From the NCBI GenBank assembly GCA_934148985.1, contig CAKPDO010000004.1, positions 1-58,664 on the forward strand: 58,664 nucleotides of DNA. Reading direction: 5' to 3'. Below are positions 29,990-40,655 of the stretch, one piece after another. The notes below the pieces were generated by a model, which saw only the letters and a list, made by a program, of their open reading frames with translations, did no database searches and was not told where the DNA came from. The stretch is from an uncultured Clostridia bacterium. Lineage in GTDB: Bacteria > Bacillota > Clostridia > TANB77 > CAG-508. Both the position numbers and the translations under genes were made by a program. Position 1 is the first letter of the stretch, and every line of letters starts with the position of its first letter.

Positions 29990-30418
29990 ATGTGGAAAAA
30001 GATTTTGTTTAGTATTATATTGATAATTATTTTTATTGGTGGAATAGAATTTTTTTATGTATCTAAAAGAGAAAAAATGAATGACACAAAAAATATTGTG
30101 GAAAATGAAACAGAATTGTCAAGAAAATATGTTAAGGATGAATGTTTAAATGAGTGGGAGGATTATAGTAAAACTGTTCAAAATGAAATAATGGAAACTA
30201 GCCAAAGCTTAAATGATGAAAATAGGCCTTATATTTTAAGGGAAAAAGATGGTTTTATAAATGTTTATTATATAAATGAAAGTGGGGAAGAGATTTTATA
30301 TAGAGTTACAGACATAAGTGTAAAATTTCTTGGTGAAAATGATATAAAAGAATTGAAGCAAGGAATAGAAGTGATAGGAACTCAAAAATTAAATGAAATG
30401 TTAGAAGACTTTGAGTAA
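29990..30418 (+). CDS. Membrane-anchored hypothetical protein (142 aa)
   Basis: N-terminal TM helix. The C-terminal region vaguely resembles BofC (..LEDFE); not verified. Confidence 0.5.
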   Translation: MWKKILFSIILIIIFIGGIEFFYVSKREKMNDTKNIVENETELSRKYVKDECLNEWEDYSKTVQNEIMETSQSLNDENRPYILREKDGFINVYYINESGEEILYRVTDISVKFLGENDIKELKQGIEVIGTQKLNEMLEDFE

Positions 30419-30490
30419 AATATTTTTATAAATCCATTGATATTTTTTAATATTTATAATAAAATATGAACGAAAGAAAGGGGGATACAA

Positions 30491-32436
30491 ATGAACAAAA
30501 CAAAGAAAATACTGATAGTTCTAATGTTTTTTGGAATATTTATAATACTTGGAAACACAAAGAGTAATGCAGGAAGTCTATATCTAAACAATCTTGATTT
30601 TGATGTACAGATAAATCAAGATGGAAGTATGAATGTAACTGAAACTTGGGACATTTCGGTAGAAGAAACAAACACACTATTTAAAACATTCAAAACAGAT
30701 TCAAGCAAATATTCATCAATATCAAATGTGCAAGTAGTAGAAATTACAGAGGGAACTAAAAAAAATTTTAGTCAAGTTAATTCTATTATGTATCATGTAA
30801 CAAAAGATTGTTATTATGGACTAAAAAATAGTCAGGGAAACTTCGAAATTGCATGGGGCGTAGGAATGGATGATACAAGAGGAACAAAAAAATATCAAAT
30901 ATCATATAAGGTAAATGATGTAATTGCTAAATATCAAGACTATGCTGAATTATATTGGCAATTTATTGGAAGTGATTTTAGGATAAATTGTAATAAAATC
31001 ACTGGAAAAATTTTACTACCTCGAAATGCAACATCTACAGATGAAATAAAAGTTTGGGGACATACTGAGGGATTAAATGGTGAAATTTATGCGACATCTA
31101 CAAATACAATAGAATTTGAGTTAAATAAATTTTATGCCGGAAGATATGTTGAAGTAAGAACATTATTTCCAAAAGAGATGATAAGCTCGACAAAAAGGAT
31201 ATATTCAAAAAATATATTAGATGAAGTTATATCAGAAGAAACTGTATGGGCAGATGAAGCAAATGCAAGAAGGGAAGAAGCAGAAAATGTCGAAAAAATG
31301 ATATTAGCTATATTTGGAATAGGTGTAGCTATAATAGATGTGTTACTTATTAGAAAATCTATGAAAATTTTTAAAGAGGCATCAGAAAAAACAAAGATTA
31401 TGCCATCAATGGAAATGGAGTATTATAGGGAACTACCAAGAAAAAATGCAACACCGGCTCAAGCTGTATACGAACAAGGCGAAATATTAAGCTCAGTTTC
31501 TACAAATCAAATGGGAAATATTTTTTCAGCAACTTTGCTTGATTTAAGTTTAAAAAAATATATAGAATTTGTTGAAAATCCTGGAGATAAGAAAAATATT
31601 ATTATAAATATTCTAAAAAAAGGCCAGGACTCAGACCTTGAAAAAACTGAAAAAATAGTATTTAGGTACATATTAAGAGCTTCTAAAGATGATACACAGG
31701 TAACTGTTAAAGAGATTGAAAAATATATGAAGAAACATTCATCAGGACTAATAGGAATAAAGGAAGATATTGAAAGTTCTACAATAGACGAATTAAAAAA
31801 GAACAAACTTTATGATGAAAAAGGAGCTGAAGAAAAAAGAAAATTCAGCTTAAAAGTTACAATGAATATGTCTTTGGTACTTATCGAAATATTTATCGGA
31901 ATTAGTTTGATAACAACGTTATCTTATTTTGTTAATGAGAAAATATTGATGGTTGGAGTTATAAGTGTAATAGCACTTACAATATTAAAAACAATAGCAC
32001 TTATGAAGTATAATAAAAAAATAACAGTATATACACAAAGCGGTACAGATGAAAAACAAATGTGGATAGGACTAAAAAAATATATGGAAGATTTCTCTAT
32101 GTTAAATGAAAGAGAAATTCCAGAAATTGCAATATGGGAACATTTTTTAGTATATGCAACTGCATTTGGAATTGCTGACAAGGTAATAAAACAATTAAAA
32201 GCTGTATATAAACAACTAGGAAGAAGCTTTGAATTTGATGAATCTTATGGTTATATGTATTTTATGACAAATAACAATTTCTCATCAAGCTTTACAAATT
32301 CAGTGAGTTCAGCATTTTCATCAGCATATTCATCAAACTATTCATCTTCACACTCGTCAGGCTTTGGAGGCGGCGGAGGCTTCTCTGGAGGCGGAGGAGG
32401 AGGCCGGTGGCCGGAGGTGGCGGCGGCGGTCGATAA
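30491..32436 (+). CDS. DUF2207-type membrane protein with poly-Gly tail; two +1 breaks at CGG 32405 and 32412
   Basis: Signal peptide, a large extracytoplasmic domain, TM helices and a Ser/Gly tail. Reading GGC-C|GGT-GGC-C|GGA-GGT-GGC-GGC-GGC-GGT-CGA-TAA gives an uninterrupted Gly run ending at 32436. Without the shifts, the ORF runs into the repeat cluster to 32515. Confidence 0.65.
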
Positions 32437-32440
32437 TTGG

Positions 32441-32566
32441 GGTACATTGCATTGGGTACATTGGGACCGGTTCTTTTTGGGTAATTTTCCCCATTGGGAC
32501 CGGTTCTTTTTGTGACAGACCCAAAAAGACCCAAAAAGACCCAAAAAGAACCGGTCCATTTGTGCC
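32441..32566. repeat. Largest dispersed-repeat cluster: two inverted units facing three forward (two of them truncated) units
   Basis: CATTGGGACCGGTTCTTTTTGGG and CCCCATTGGGACCGGTTCTTTTTGTGAC, then GACCCAAAAA x3 ending AAAAAGAACCGGTCC. GGACCGGTTCTTTTT and AAAAAGAACCGGTCC can form a perfect 15-bp stem. Confidence 0.9.
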
Positions 32567-32589
32567 AAAAAAAGAAAAGAGGTAAAAAA

Positions 32590-33510
32590 ATGAATGTAAA
32601 AATAACAAAAAATATAAAAGAAGCAAATTGTATAACACATGCAGGAACATTTCATGCAGATGAAATATTTGCAACACTTATTTTATCAAAAATAATACCA
32701 GAAATAAGTTTGATAAGATTACCAGAAGTTAATGAGAAAGAAAGAAATGAAGCAAATAAAGATGCAATAATATATGACATAGGTCGCAAGGAGTATGACC
32801 ATCATCAATTAGGTGGAAATGGAGAAAGAGAAAATGGAGTAAAATATGCGGCTTGTGGCTTGATTTGGAAAGCTTTTGGAAGAAAATTATTAGAAAAATA
32901 TGATGTAAAGGAAATTGATTATACATTAGATTATATAGACAGAAATTTAATTCAATTTATAGATTCGAATGATAATGGCCAACTTCCAAAACTACAAACG
33001 AGTTACAGAAATGTACATTTGTCGCACATTATTTCATTGTTTAATCCTAAATGGGACGAAAATGTGGATAGTGATAACAATTTTATGAGAGCATTAAGTG
33101 TATGTGATATTATTTTTGATGAATTTTTGCACGATACTTTTTCAAAAATGAAGGCAAAAGAAATCATTGATAAAGCAATAGAAAATTCAAAAGATGGTAT
33201 AATGGTACTTGATACATTTGCTCCTTGGAAAGAGTTTTTATTAAATTCTAAAAATGAGAAAGCAAAAGATATTAATTTTACTGTTTTCCCATCTTCTAGA
33301 GGAGGATATAATGTTTATGCCGTTCCAATCGAGCTTGGAAGCTTTGAAAATAAAAAGAGTTTGCCTATTAAGTGGAGAGGGCTAAGTAATAGTGATTTAC
33401 AAGAAGTTACAGGTGTTAAAACAGCTAGATTTTGCCACAATGCTGGTTTTATTTGCAGCGCTGATAGCAAAGAAGGCGCTTTGGAATTGGCGGCTATGGC
33501 AAATTCGTAA
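32590..33510 (+). CDS. MYG1/UPF0160 family metal-dependent hydrolase
   Basis: N-terminal THAGTFHADE signature. ATG 32590 follows AAGAGGT; the upstream part of the tracked ORF is translated repeat. Confidence 0.75.
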   Translation: MNVKITKNIKEANCITHAGTFHADEIFATLILSKIIPEISLIRLPEVNEKERNEANKDAIIYDIGRKEYDHHQLGGNGERENGVKYAACGLIWKAFGRKLLEKYDVKEIDYTLDYIDRNLIQFIDSNDNGQLPKLQTSYRNVHLSHIISLFNPKWDENVDSDNNFMRALSVCDIIFDEFLHDTFSKMKAKEIIDKAIENSKDGIMVLDTFAPWKEFLLNSKNEKAKDINFTVFPSSRGGYNVYAVPIELGSFENKKSLPIKWRGLSNSDLQEVTGVKTARFCHNAGFICSADSKEGALELAAMANS

Positions 33511-33607
33511 TTGCTTACATTTTGGGAAAGGGAATTTCGGTGCGAGTGTGTAGCATGGCACAATTGGGGACAGAGTATTTTTGAATAAATAAAAATAATT
33601 AAAACAG

Positions 33608-33636
33608 TTGACATAATTAACATAACGTGCTAAAAT
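33608..33636 (+). promoter_or_regulatory. Promoter (TTGACA-17-TAAAAT)
   Basis: Consensus -35 and a good -10. A 9-bp hairpin TGCTAAAAT/ATTTTAGCA overlaps the -10 and early transcript. Confidence 0.6.
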
Positions 33637-33723
33637 AACCTATGGCAAAATTTTAGCAGTATAGAGTTGCCTAAAACCAAAGAAAGGAAAATGGGATGTA
33701 AAAAAACACCCAAGTAGAAAAAA

Positions 33724-35157
33724 ATGCAAAGTCAAGGTATTTTAATGATTGATTCGGAAATGGATGGATTTGTTGCTGAAGCAATAAAGGCGGCAAATGA
33801 ATCCAAGCTGAAAAAAGAGCAAGAAGCAAAACAGAATAAGTCTGTTAAAACTGAGAATCCAGTGTTCAAAAGAATTACAGATGACAATGGCTTCAAAGAA
33901 AACGACGCGAAAATGCTAGCCATTATGTACGTCGATTTGGCTCCAAACGATGAAGATGGAGAGATCTCAGCAAAAATGATGTCTGAATTCATTAGGGATA
34001 CCATCAAAAAGGAATATCCGGATGAATATGAAACAAAGATTAAGCCATATTATGATATGGAAAATCCTATGCCTGAATTTAAAAAAGAGAAGGCTAAGAT
34101 TTGGGTCAAGAATTTCTGGAAGCGCTTTAGAACTGTGGAAAATGCTTATAAATATTCCAAAAGTTTTAGAGAACTGGCTAAAAGGATTGCACCAAAGTTG
34201 GATGCTCCAACGACAATGGGGGTAGTAGAACGGTGTAAATGGCTGAGGCTTTGGGTGTTTGTGATTAGAGACCAAGCCATGTATTGGTATGATGTTGAAC
34301 ATGGACTGAAGCTTAATATGAGGAGAATCAAAGAATATGATAAAAATCTTGAATTAACTCCAGAGCTGATGGTAAAATATGAAAAAGCATTTTTTTCAAA
34401 AATACCAGAAAATGGTCTGATGCTTGATATGCTTAAAGCTTTTATTTCTATATATCCTGAAAAAATCCAAAAAGACATAAAAGCATTTGCTGAATTTGAA
34501 AAAAATGATGCAAGTGAATTAAATGCAGGATATGTAAGGAAGACGTTGAAAAAAGAGTTATTTCCTTCTATGTGGATTTCTTCAATGTGGTGCTTCTGTA
34601 TGAAAAACGGAGTATGCGAATTTAAAGTGCTGTTGCTTTCAAATGCAGTTGAGGCATTTAAAAAGGGATTAAATAAGTATAATACATTTCTTAATCCGGC
34701 AACTGATCCTTTTAAAGGTTTTTCTACAAGAAACTTCAAGCGCTACAAATTGGGAAGGGTGACCGAAGATGGTATAGAAAAAACATTTGCGGTGACATCA
34801 CAGAACGAACTTCAGATGTATGTTGAGGTTTACAAGTGGCTGTTACTTCACCCTGATTTTGAATTTGGTGTGGGTAGCGAAAAGAAAACCCTTGAAGGCT
34901 ATGGATATGAAAATCTTTTAGTCGATCCTGAAGAAGAACAAAAAGAACTTTTTAGCGAGATGAAGCAGAAAATAGCAGGATCACAGAAAGAGGCAAAGAA
35001 AGTTGCTGAAGCACTTAGGAGAATTAAGATATTTGGAGAGAAGATAGCATCAGAGTCTGACATTAAATATCTGAAATTTTTTAAGTACATGCTGAAAAAT
35101 GAACCAAATGCTTTACCTAAAAATATGGTAAATGTTTATGGAAAAGCATTTATGTAA
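33724..35157 (+). CDS. Orphan hypothetical protein (477 aa)
   Basis: Long ORF, GC-richer than the backbone, no recognised domain, with its own promoter and strong terminator. In-frame CGG (34231) as Arg. Start uncertain. Confidence 0.6.
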   Translation: MQSQGILMIDSEMDGFVAEAIKAANESKLKKEQEAKQNKSVKTENPVFKRITDDNGFKENDAKMLAIMYVDLAPNDEDGEISAKMMSEFIRDTIKKEYPDEYETKIKPYYDMENPMPEFKKEKAKIWVKNFWKRFRTVENAYKYSKSFRELAKRIAPKLDAPTTMGVVERCKWLRLWVFVIRDQAMYWYDVEHGLKLNMRRIKEYDKNLELTPELMVKYEKAFFSKIPENGLMLDMLKAFISIYPEKIQKDIKAFAEFEKNDASELNAGYVRKTLKKELFPSMWISSMWCFCMKNGVCEFKVLLLSNAVEAFKKGLNKYNTFLNPATDPFKGFSTRNFKRYKLGRVTEDGIEKTFAVTSQNELQMYVEVYKWLLLHPDFEFGVGSEKKTLEGYGYENLLVDPEEEQKELFSEMKQKIAGSQKEAKKVAEALRRIKIFGEKIASESDIKYLKFFKYMLKNEPNALPKNMVNVYGKAFM

Positions 35158-35186
35158 GTAACAAACAAGGTAAAAAAACTCTATAC

Positions 35187-35219
35187 CCCCGCTGCGATTT
35201 ATTTCGCAGCGGGGTTTTT
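35187..35219 (+). terminator. Strong intrinsic terminator
   Basis: CCCCGCTGCGA-TTTATT-TCGCAGCGGGG followed by TTTTT. Confidence 0.85.
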
Positions 35220-35334
35220 CAAAATTACGAAAGAAAATTAAAATAATAGAGAAAATTAAATTAGTATAAAAATTTTAAATGCAAAGTAAAAAAAATGGGA
35301 AAATGGAAAAAAATGGAAAAAATAGAAAAATATA

Positions 35335-35363
35335 TTGTAATTTAAAATAAAAAGTGGTATAAT
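35335..35363 (+). promoter_or_regulatory. Promoter (TTGTAA-17-TGgTATAAT) with upstream phased A-tracts
   Basis: Extended -10. The region 35290-35330 consists of AAAAATGG(G)A repeats at ~10-nt spacing (UP-element or curved-DNA-like). Confidence 0.55.
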
Positions 35364-35484
35364 ATCCAATGTTGTTAAGGCAAAAAAAAAGTTCAATTAT
35401 TTGGACTTGTTCACATAATAAAGTTTGATGTCTAAATCAAATTTCATTTTAAGGAAAATTAAGACAATTAAGGAGGACAAAAGC

Positions 35485-36642
35485 ATGGGATACTATGAAA
35501 CAATAATTTTGTTAACAATCGTTTCCATGGGAGTAATGGCAATAGTAGTGGGGACAAGTAAAAACTTTAAAACACGGGCGCAAAGAGGTTTAATTATTTC
35601 ATTTATAATAATTATACTTTGCGCAGCGAGCGAGCTTTTTGTAGTGATTTTAAATGAAAGAAATCTGAAAATGTCGGCTATAAGAGACATTCTGAGACTT
35701 CTTAAATTTATTTTTATGCCAATCATGCCAATAATTGCTTCAAAAGCATTGTTTGGAAAAGTAAAGGAAGACAATTTAACCTTTATTTTAGGTTTGATTG
35801 TAAGAATTTACTTAATGATTGGTGCTTGCTTAGTGGTCGCTGGATGGTTTTGCTTCTCAGTTGGTGGCAGTAGTTTTGCCGAAAGAAGGGATTTCTATGA
35901 AACCATGATGCATAACATATATATTGTTGCATTTTTAATTTCAACTTTATATATGCTTGTACAAGCGATACAATTTAGTAAAGTTTATCAAAACAAAGGC
36001 AGGGAGCAACTTGTAGCTATATGTTGCTTTGTGGTTTTGGGAGCAGTAGTCCAGATACTTAATAGAAAATTAAGAACTGTCTGGATTACAATAGATATAA
36101 CAGCGGTATTTTTGTTTATCTATTATGATGAGCTTATCTTGTGTATAGATGGATTAACGGGGCTGTTAAATCAAAAAAGCCTTGTAAATTATCTAACAAA
36201 CGAAGCAAGTGAGCGGAAAAGATGTATTGTTATAGTCTTTGATGTAAATGATTTTAAGTACATAAATGATGCTTATGGTCATTCGGCAGGAGATGAAATA
36301 TTGATAGCAGTAAGTGATGTGTTGAAAGAGTCTTACAGGAATGTAGGAGAATGCTATCGAATGGGTGGTGATGAATTTGCTGTTATTATGTTAAAAGACA
36401 TAGAAAAAATTCAGCAGATAAATGAGCACTTTATTAAAAATCTTGAAGAGAAGAGAGAGAGTTTAAAGAAAGATAAATTGCCTGAATTGCCACATATATC
36501 GTATGGAACAGCAATTTATGAACCGAGTAATAGAAAAAAGCAAACTTTGCCAGATACACAAAAGCTTGCTGATGCAGATATGTATGCCAATAAAGAGGCA
36601 TACTATCAAAAAAATCCCAAAAAAAACCTTAAAAAAATGTGA
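35485..36642 (+). CDS. Membrane-bound diguanylate cyclase (GGDEF domain)
   Basis: About 6 TM helices, then GLTGLLN...FDVNDFKYINDAYGHSAGDE...RMGGDEFAV. ATG 35485 follows AAGGAGG. Two in-frame CGG (35575, 36214) read as Arg. Confidence 0.85.
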   Translation: MGYYETIILLTIVSMGVMAIVVGTSKNFKTRAQRGLIISFIIIILCAASELFVVILNERNLKMSAIRDILRLLKFIFMPIMPIIASKALFGKVKEDNLTFILGLIVRIYLMIGACLVVAGWFCFSVGGSSFAERRDFYETMMHNIYIVAFLISTLYMLVQAIQFSKVYQNKGREQLVAICCFVVLGAVVQILNRKLRTVWITIDITAVFLFIYYDELILCIDGLTGLLNQKSLVNYLTNEASERKRCIVIVFDVNDFKYINDAYGHSAGDEILIAVSDVLKESYRNVGECYRMGGDEFAVIMLKDIEKIQQINEHFIKNLEEKRESLKKDKLPELPHISYGTAIYEPSNRKKQTLPDTQKLADADMYANKEAYYQKNPKKNLKKM

Positions 36643-36651
36643 ACATCAAAA

Positions 36652-36680
36652 GGCACAGGAGTAATATCCTGTGTCTTTTG
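36652..36680 (+). terminator. Intrinsic terminator
   Basis: GGCACAGGA / TCCTGTGTC stem followed by TTTT. Confidence 0.65.
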
Positions 36681-36773
36681 CTATAAAAAAACAAAAAACT
36701 ATATACAAAACAAGAAAAATAATGTATAATAAAAAGCGTTCAAAAAAGAACCAAAAGAAAGGGATGTAAAGAA

Positions 36774-37472
36774 ATGAAGAAAAAAATATTTATAACTATA
36801 GGAGTAATTGTAGCAATAATAATAGCAATAATTGCGTATATGGTAGTATCAGACATGATACAAGAAAAGAAGTTAAACGAAGAATTTAGTTATGTTGATG
36901 GCTTAGTAGAAAACGAAGAAAGACAAACTGAAGAAATAAAGAACGCTTTAGAAAGAATAGTAACAAAAGGAGATTACGCCAAAGTAGAAACATCGTACAA
37001 AAAATACTTAAAAGACATCTATGAAAACATAGAAAATTTAACTAAAATATTAGAAGATGATGAAATTACAAATAGCTTAACAGCTAAAAATTATCAAGAA
37101 GATGGACCAGAATTCGTAAAAACAAAAGAATATTTAAGTAAAACAAAAAAATCACTAGAAGATGGAAAAAATACATATTATGAATTATTAACTGAAGATG
37201 GAGCAATGAAATATATAAAAACAATGGAATTAGATTCATATTATGAGGATATTTATAAAAATGAAATAAATGGCTATATAAGTGAAGAAGAACATGAAAA
37301 CAAAACAGTTGAAGAATCAATTAATGATGTAATAAGTTTATTGGATACATCAGAAAAAATCATAAATTTTCTAAGTGATAATAAAGACTCATGGACAATT
37401 GAAGATGAATCAATAGTGTTTAATACGCAAAAGTTATCTGATGAATATGAAAAAATGGCAGATGAAATATAA
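36774..37472 (+). CDS. Membrane-anchored hypothetical protein (232 aa)
   Basis: N-terminal TM helix, Glu/Lys-rich ectodomain, no recognised domain. Confidence 0.55.
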   Translation: MKKKIFITIGVIVAIIIAIIAYMVVSDMIQEKKLNEEFSYVDGLVENEERQTEEIKNALERIVTKGDYAKVETSYKKYLKDIYENIENLTKILEDDEITNSLTAKNYQEDGPEFVKTKEYLSKTKKSLEDGKNTYYELLTEDGAMKYIKTMELDSYYEDIYKNEINGYISEEEHENKTVEESINDVISLLDTSEKIINFLSDNKDSWTIEDESIVFNTQKLSDEYEKMADEI

Positions 37473-37566
37473 AAAAAGACTTGTTTGCAAAAATTATTGC
37501 AAGCGAAGTCTTTTTTATATGTGTAATAAATAGATATAAAATAGTAAAAAATAGGAGAGTAAAAAG

Positions 37567-38127
37567 ATGGGAGTATTAGAATTATTATTATTAAGCGTAG
37601 GACTGGCAATGGATGCATTTGCTGTATCAGTATGTAAAGGAATATCAATGAAAAAAATGAACTGGAAAAAAGCCATAATAATTGGCTTATATTTTGGAGG
37701 ATTTCAAGCTTTAATGCCTACAATTGGCTATTTTTTAGGAGCCGCATTCCAAAGTCTAATAACAAGCATAGACCATTGGATAGCTTTTATTTTACTTGGA
37801 ATTATTGGAGGTGGAATGATAAAAGAGTCGTTTGGAGATGACGAAGAAAATAGAAATGATGATGTAAGTTTTAAAATAATGATTGTGCTTGCAATTGCAA
37901 CAAGTATAGATGCTTTAGCGATTGGAATTACTTTTGCATTTTTAAATGTTAATTTAGTTTTGGCCATAAGCTTGATTGGAATTATTACATTTATTTTATC
38001 TGTTTTTGGAACTAAAATAGGAAATAGATTTGGTGATAAATACGAAAAAAAGGCTGAATTTCTTGGTGGAGTTATTTTAGTATTACTTGGAATTAAAATT
38101 TTATTGGAACATTTAGGTGTTATATAA
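37567..38127 (+). CDS. mntP: Manganese efflux pump MntP
   Basis: [13 protein letters not shown] and [12 protein letters not shown] duplicated motifs, 6 TM helices, 186 aa. Confidence 0.8.
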   Translation: MGVLELLLLSVGLAMDAFAVSVCKGISMKKMNWKKAIIIGLYFGGFQALMPTIGYFLGAAFQSLITSIDHWIAFILLGIIGGGMIKESFGDDEENRNDDVSFKIMIVLAIATSIDALAIGITFAFLNVNLVLAISLIGIITFILSVFGTKIGNRFGDKYEKKAEFLGGVILVLLGIKILLEHLGVI

Positions 38128-38187
38128 AAGTAACCACAAAAAACTTCTTTTCATACAATATAAAAAAGTATGAAAGGAAGTTTTTTT

Positions 38188-38854
38188 ATGGATTATGAAT
38201 TAATGATGAATTCAAATATTAAAATAGGTCAGAAAGCACCAGATTTCACAGCAGTAACTACATATGGAAATAGAAGCCTAAAAGATTATAAAGGAAAATG
38301 GCTTGTTTTTTTCAGTCATCCACGGAGATTTCACACCAGTGTGTACAACCGAGATGATAGCATTTTCAAAAGCATATTCTTATTTCCAAAATATGAATAC
38401 AGAGTTATTAGGGCTAAGCATAGATAGTAATGCATCACATCTTGCTTGGATGAATGACATATTTATAAGAACAGGAATTACATTACAATTTCCGATAGTA
38501 GCTGATAGAAGCGGAGAGATTGCAAGGCTATATGGGATGATATCAAAAGATGTAAGTAATACTAAAACAGTGAGAGATGTTGTTATAATAGACCCAAATG
38601 GAATTATAAGATTAATTTTGACATATCCACTTAATGTTGGAAGAAATATTGCTGAGATAATTAGAACTGTTCAAGCTTTACAAATAGCAGATTGCGAAAA
38701 TGCTTCTACTCCTGTAAATTGGATACTAGGGCAACCTTTAATTGTTCCAGCTCCTAATACTTATCCAGAATTAGTTGAGAGAAAGGAGTTTATTGAGAAA
38801 AATAAAAATGGGGTTAGTTGGTATTTAAGTTTTAGGGAGCCAGAAGAAAAATGA
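38188..38854 (+). CDS. Peroxiredoxin (Prx6/1-Cys-like), interrupted by a +1 break at in-frame CGG 38323
   Basis: The upstream frame reads ..KGKWLVFFSHP-CGG. Skipping the C gives FFSHPGDFTPVCTTE (the peroxidatic Cys motif), continuous with ORF 38303-38854 (..ALQ..TPVNW). Confidence 0.85.
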
Positions 38855-38942
38855 AAATATTACCAATTGTACTGACCTCCCAGTCCAATTACCAACAAAG
38901 AAAAAATATGTTATAAATATACCGGACAAAGGAGGAGGACAA

Positions 38943-40655
38943 ATGACCGAAAAAATAGAAAATCTAAAAGAAATGCTAAAAAAATCCGGTGAAAAATATG
39001 GAGAAAAAGAAGCATATAAAATAAAAATAGAAAAAAATAAATATAAAATATATACACATAAAGAAATAAGACAAATGATAAATTATCTAGGAACAAGATT
39101 GATAGACCTAGGATTAAAAAATAAAAGAATAGCCGTATTAGGTGAAAATAGATATGAATGGGAAATCGCGTATTTATCTGTAGTATGTGGAACAGGGATA
39201 GTTGTACCATTAGATAAATCTTTGCCACAAAATGAATTAGAAAAAGTAATAGAACGTTCAGGAATAGAAGCGATTTTCTATTCTGGTAAATACGAAGAAA
39301 ATCTAAAAGAGATAGTATCAAAAGGAATAGGAAATTTAAAAACATTAATTTCAATGGATTTAGAGGCTCACACTTATGGAATATATTCCCAGAAAGAATT
39401 GATAAAAGAGGGCGAAATCTTAGTAAAAAAAGGCAATAAAAGTTTTATTGATGCAAAAATTGATAGTGAAAAGATGTCAATAATGCTATTTACATCAGGA
39501 ACAACATCAGATTCAAAGATTGTTGCATTATCACATAAAAATTTAGCATCAAATTTAATGGATATAACGTCGAGTCTAGATGATGTAAATTCAAGTGATG
39601 TATTTTTATCATTTTTACCTTTACATCATGTTTTTGAATGTACAGTTGGTTTTTTATTTGCACTATATGTAGGAGCAGAAACTGTATTTTGTGATGGAAT
39701 AAGACATATTGTAGAAAATTTAAATGAATACAAAGTTACTGTAATGGCATCAGTTCCGGCAATTTATGAAAGAATTTTTAAAATAATTAGGAGAGAAATT
39801 GCCGGAAGTGGTAATTTAAACGAAATACTTGAAAATGAAAAAATATATGCAAATGCATCGATGGAAGAAAAGAAAAAAATATTTAAGAATATACATGAAA
39901 TGTTAGGTGGAAATATAAAGCTTTTAATTAGTGGAGCTGCAAGTTTGGATAAAGAAATAGAAGAAAAATACAGAAAATTAGGATTGAATTTAGTTCAAGG
40001 GTATGGACTTACAGAAACATCTCCTGTTATAGGAATAGGAACGAAAAAATATTATAAATTAGGCTCAATTGGTAAAACAATTCCATCTGTTGAGGCAAAA
40101 GTAATAGATTGCAACAGTGAGGGAATAGGAGAATTGATAGTTAAAGGTCCAAATATAATGCTTGGATATTATCAAAATGATGAAGCAACTGAGAAAGCAA
40201 TTATTGATGGCTGGTTTCATACAGGTGATTTAGCTAAAATTGATAAAGATGGATATATTTTTATTTGTGGAAGAAAGAAAAATGTAATCGTTTTGAAGAA
40301 TGGAAAAAATATTTATCCAGAAGAGATAGAAGGACTTATAAATAAAATTGAAGGTGTTGAAGAATCATTTATATATGGAAGACCTCTTTCAAGTGACAAG
40401 GAAAATATAAAAATATATGCAAAAATAGTTTATGATGAAGAAATTATGAAAAATGCATATAAGATTCAAAATGAAAAGGAAATTTTCGAAGAAATTGCCA
40501 AGAAAATAAAAGAGATAAATAGTCTTATGCCTAAATATAAGGCTATAAGGGGATTTTCATTGACAAAAGAGCCTCTTATAAAAACAACAACAAATAAGCT
40601 GAAAAGAGCACAAAATTTGGAAAAAATTTTAAAGGAAGAAAAGGAAAATGTTTAA
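38943..40655 (+). CDS. AMP-dependent acyl-CoA synthetase (long-chain fatty acid-CoA ligase-like)
   Basis: AMP-binding motifs LFTSGTTSDSK, GYGLTET, GWFHTGDL, GRKKNVIVLKNGKNIYPEEIE. Confidence 0.85.
   Translation: MTEKIENLKEMLKKSGEKYGEKEAYKIKIEKNKYKIYTHKEIRQMINYLGTRLIDLGLKNKRIAVLGENRYEWEIAYLSVVCGTGIVVPLDKSLPQNELEKVIERSGIEAIFYSGKYEENLKEIVSKGIGNLKTLISMDLEAHTYGIYSQKELIKEGEILVKKGNKSFIDAKIDSEKMSIMLFTSGTTSDSKIVALSHKNLASNLMDITSSLDDVNSSDVFLSFLPLHHVFECTVGFLFALYVGAETVFCDGIRHIVENLNEYKVTVMASVPAIYERIFKIIRREIAGSGNLNEILENEKIYANASMEEKKKIFKNIHEMLGGNIKLLISGAASLDKEIEEKYRKLGLNLVQGYGLTETSPVIGIGTKKYYKLGSIGKTIPSVEAKVIDCNSEGIGELIVKGPNIMLGYYQNDEATEKAIIDGWFHTGDLAKIDKDGYIFICGRKKNVIVLKNGKNIYPEEIEGLINKIEGVEESFIYGRPLSSDKENIKIYAKIVYDEEIMKNAYKIQNEKEIFEEIAKKIKEINSLMPKYKAIRGFSLTKEPLIKTTTNKLKRAQNLEKILKEEKENV

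Noticed and set aside
32437-32515. C-terminal continuation of the DUF2207 ORF (..RWPEVAAAVDNWGTLHWVHWDRFFLGNFPHWDRFFL).
   Set aside because: It arises only if the two CGG codons at 32405 and 32412 are read in frame. It then reads straight through inverted repeat units. The shifted reading gives a natural poly-Gly tail and a stop at 32436.
37473-37566. yybP-ykoY (Mn) riboswitch upstream of mntP.
   Set aside because: The gap is only ~90 nt and is mostly the terminator of the upstream gene. None of the conserved riboswitch helices or sequence blocks is recognisable.
38911-39354. 147-aa ORF on the minus strand, opposite the acyl-CoA ligase gene. Similar long antisense ORFs occur at 21212-21742, 34146-34739, 10709-11224, 8586-9011 and 46456-46902.
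   Set aside because: These are shadow ORFs opposite well-supported genes. They have Leu/Phe/Ile-rich low-complexity translations typical of the antisense of AT-rich coding DNA, with no SD or motifs.
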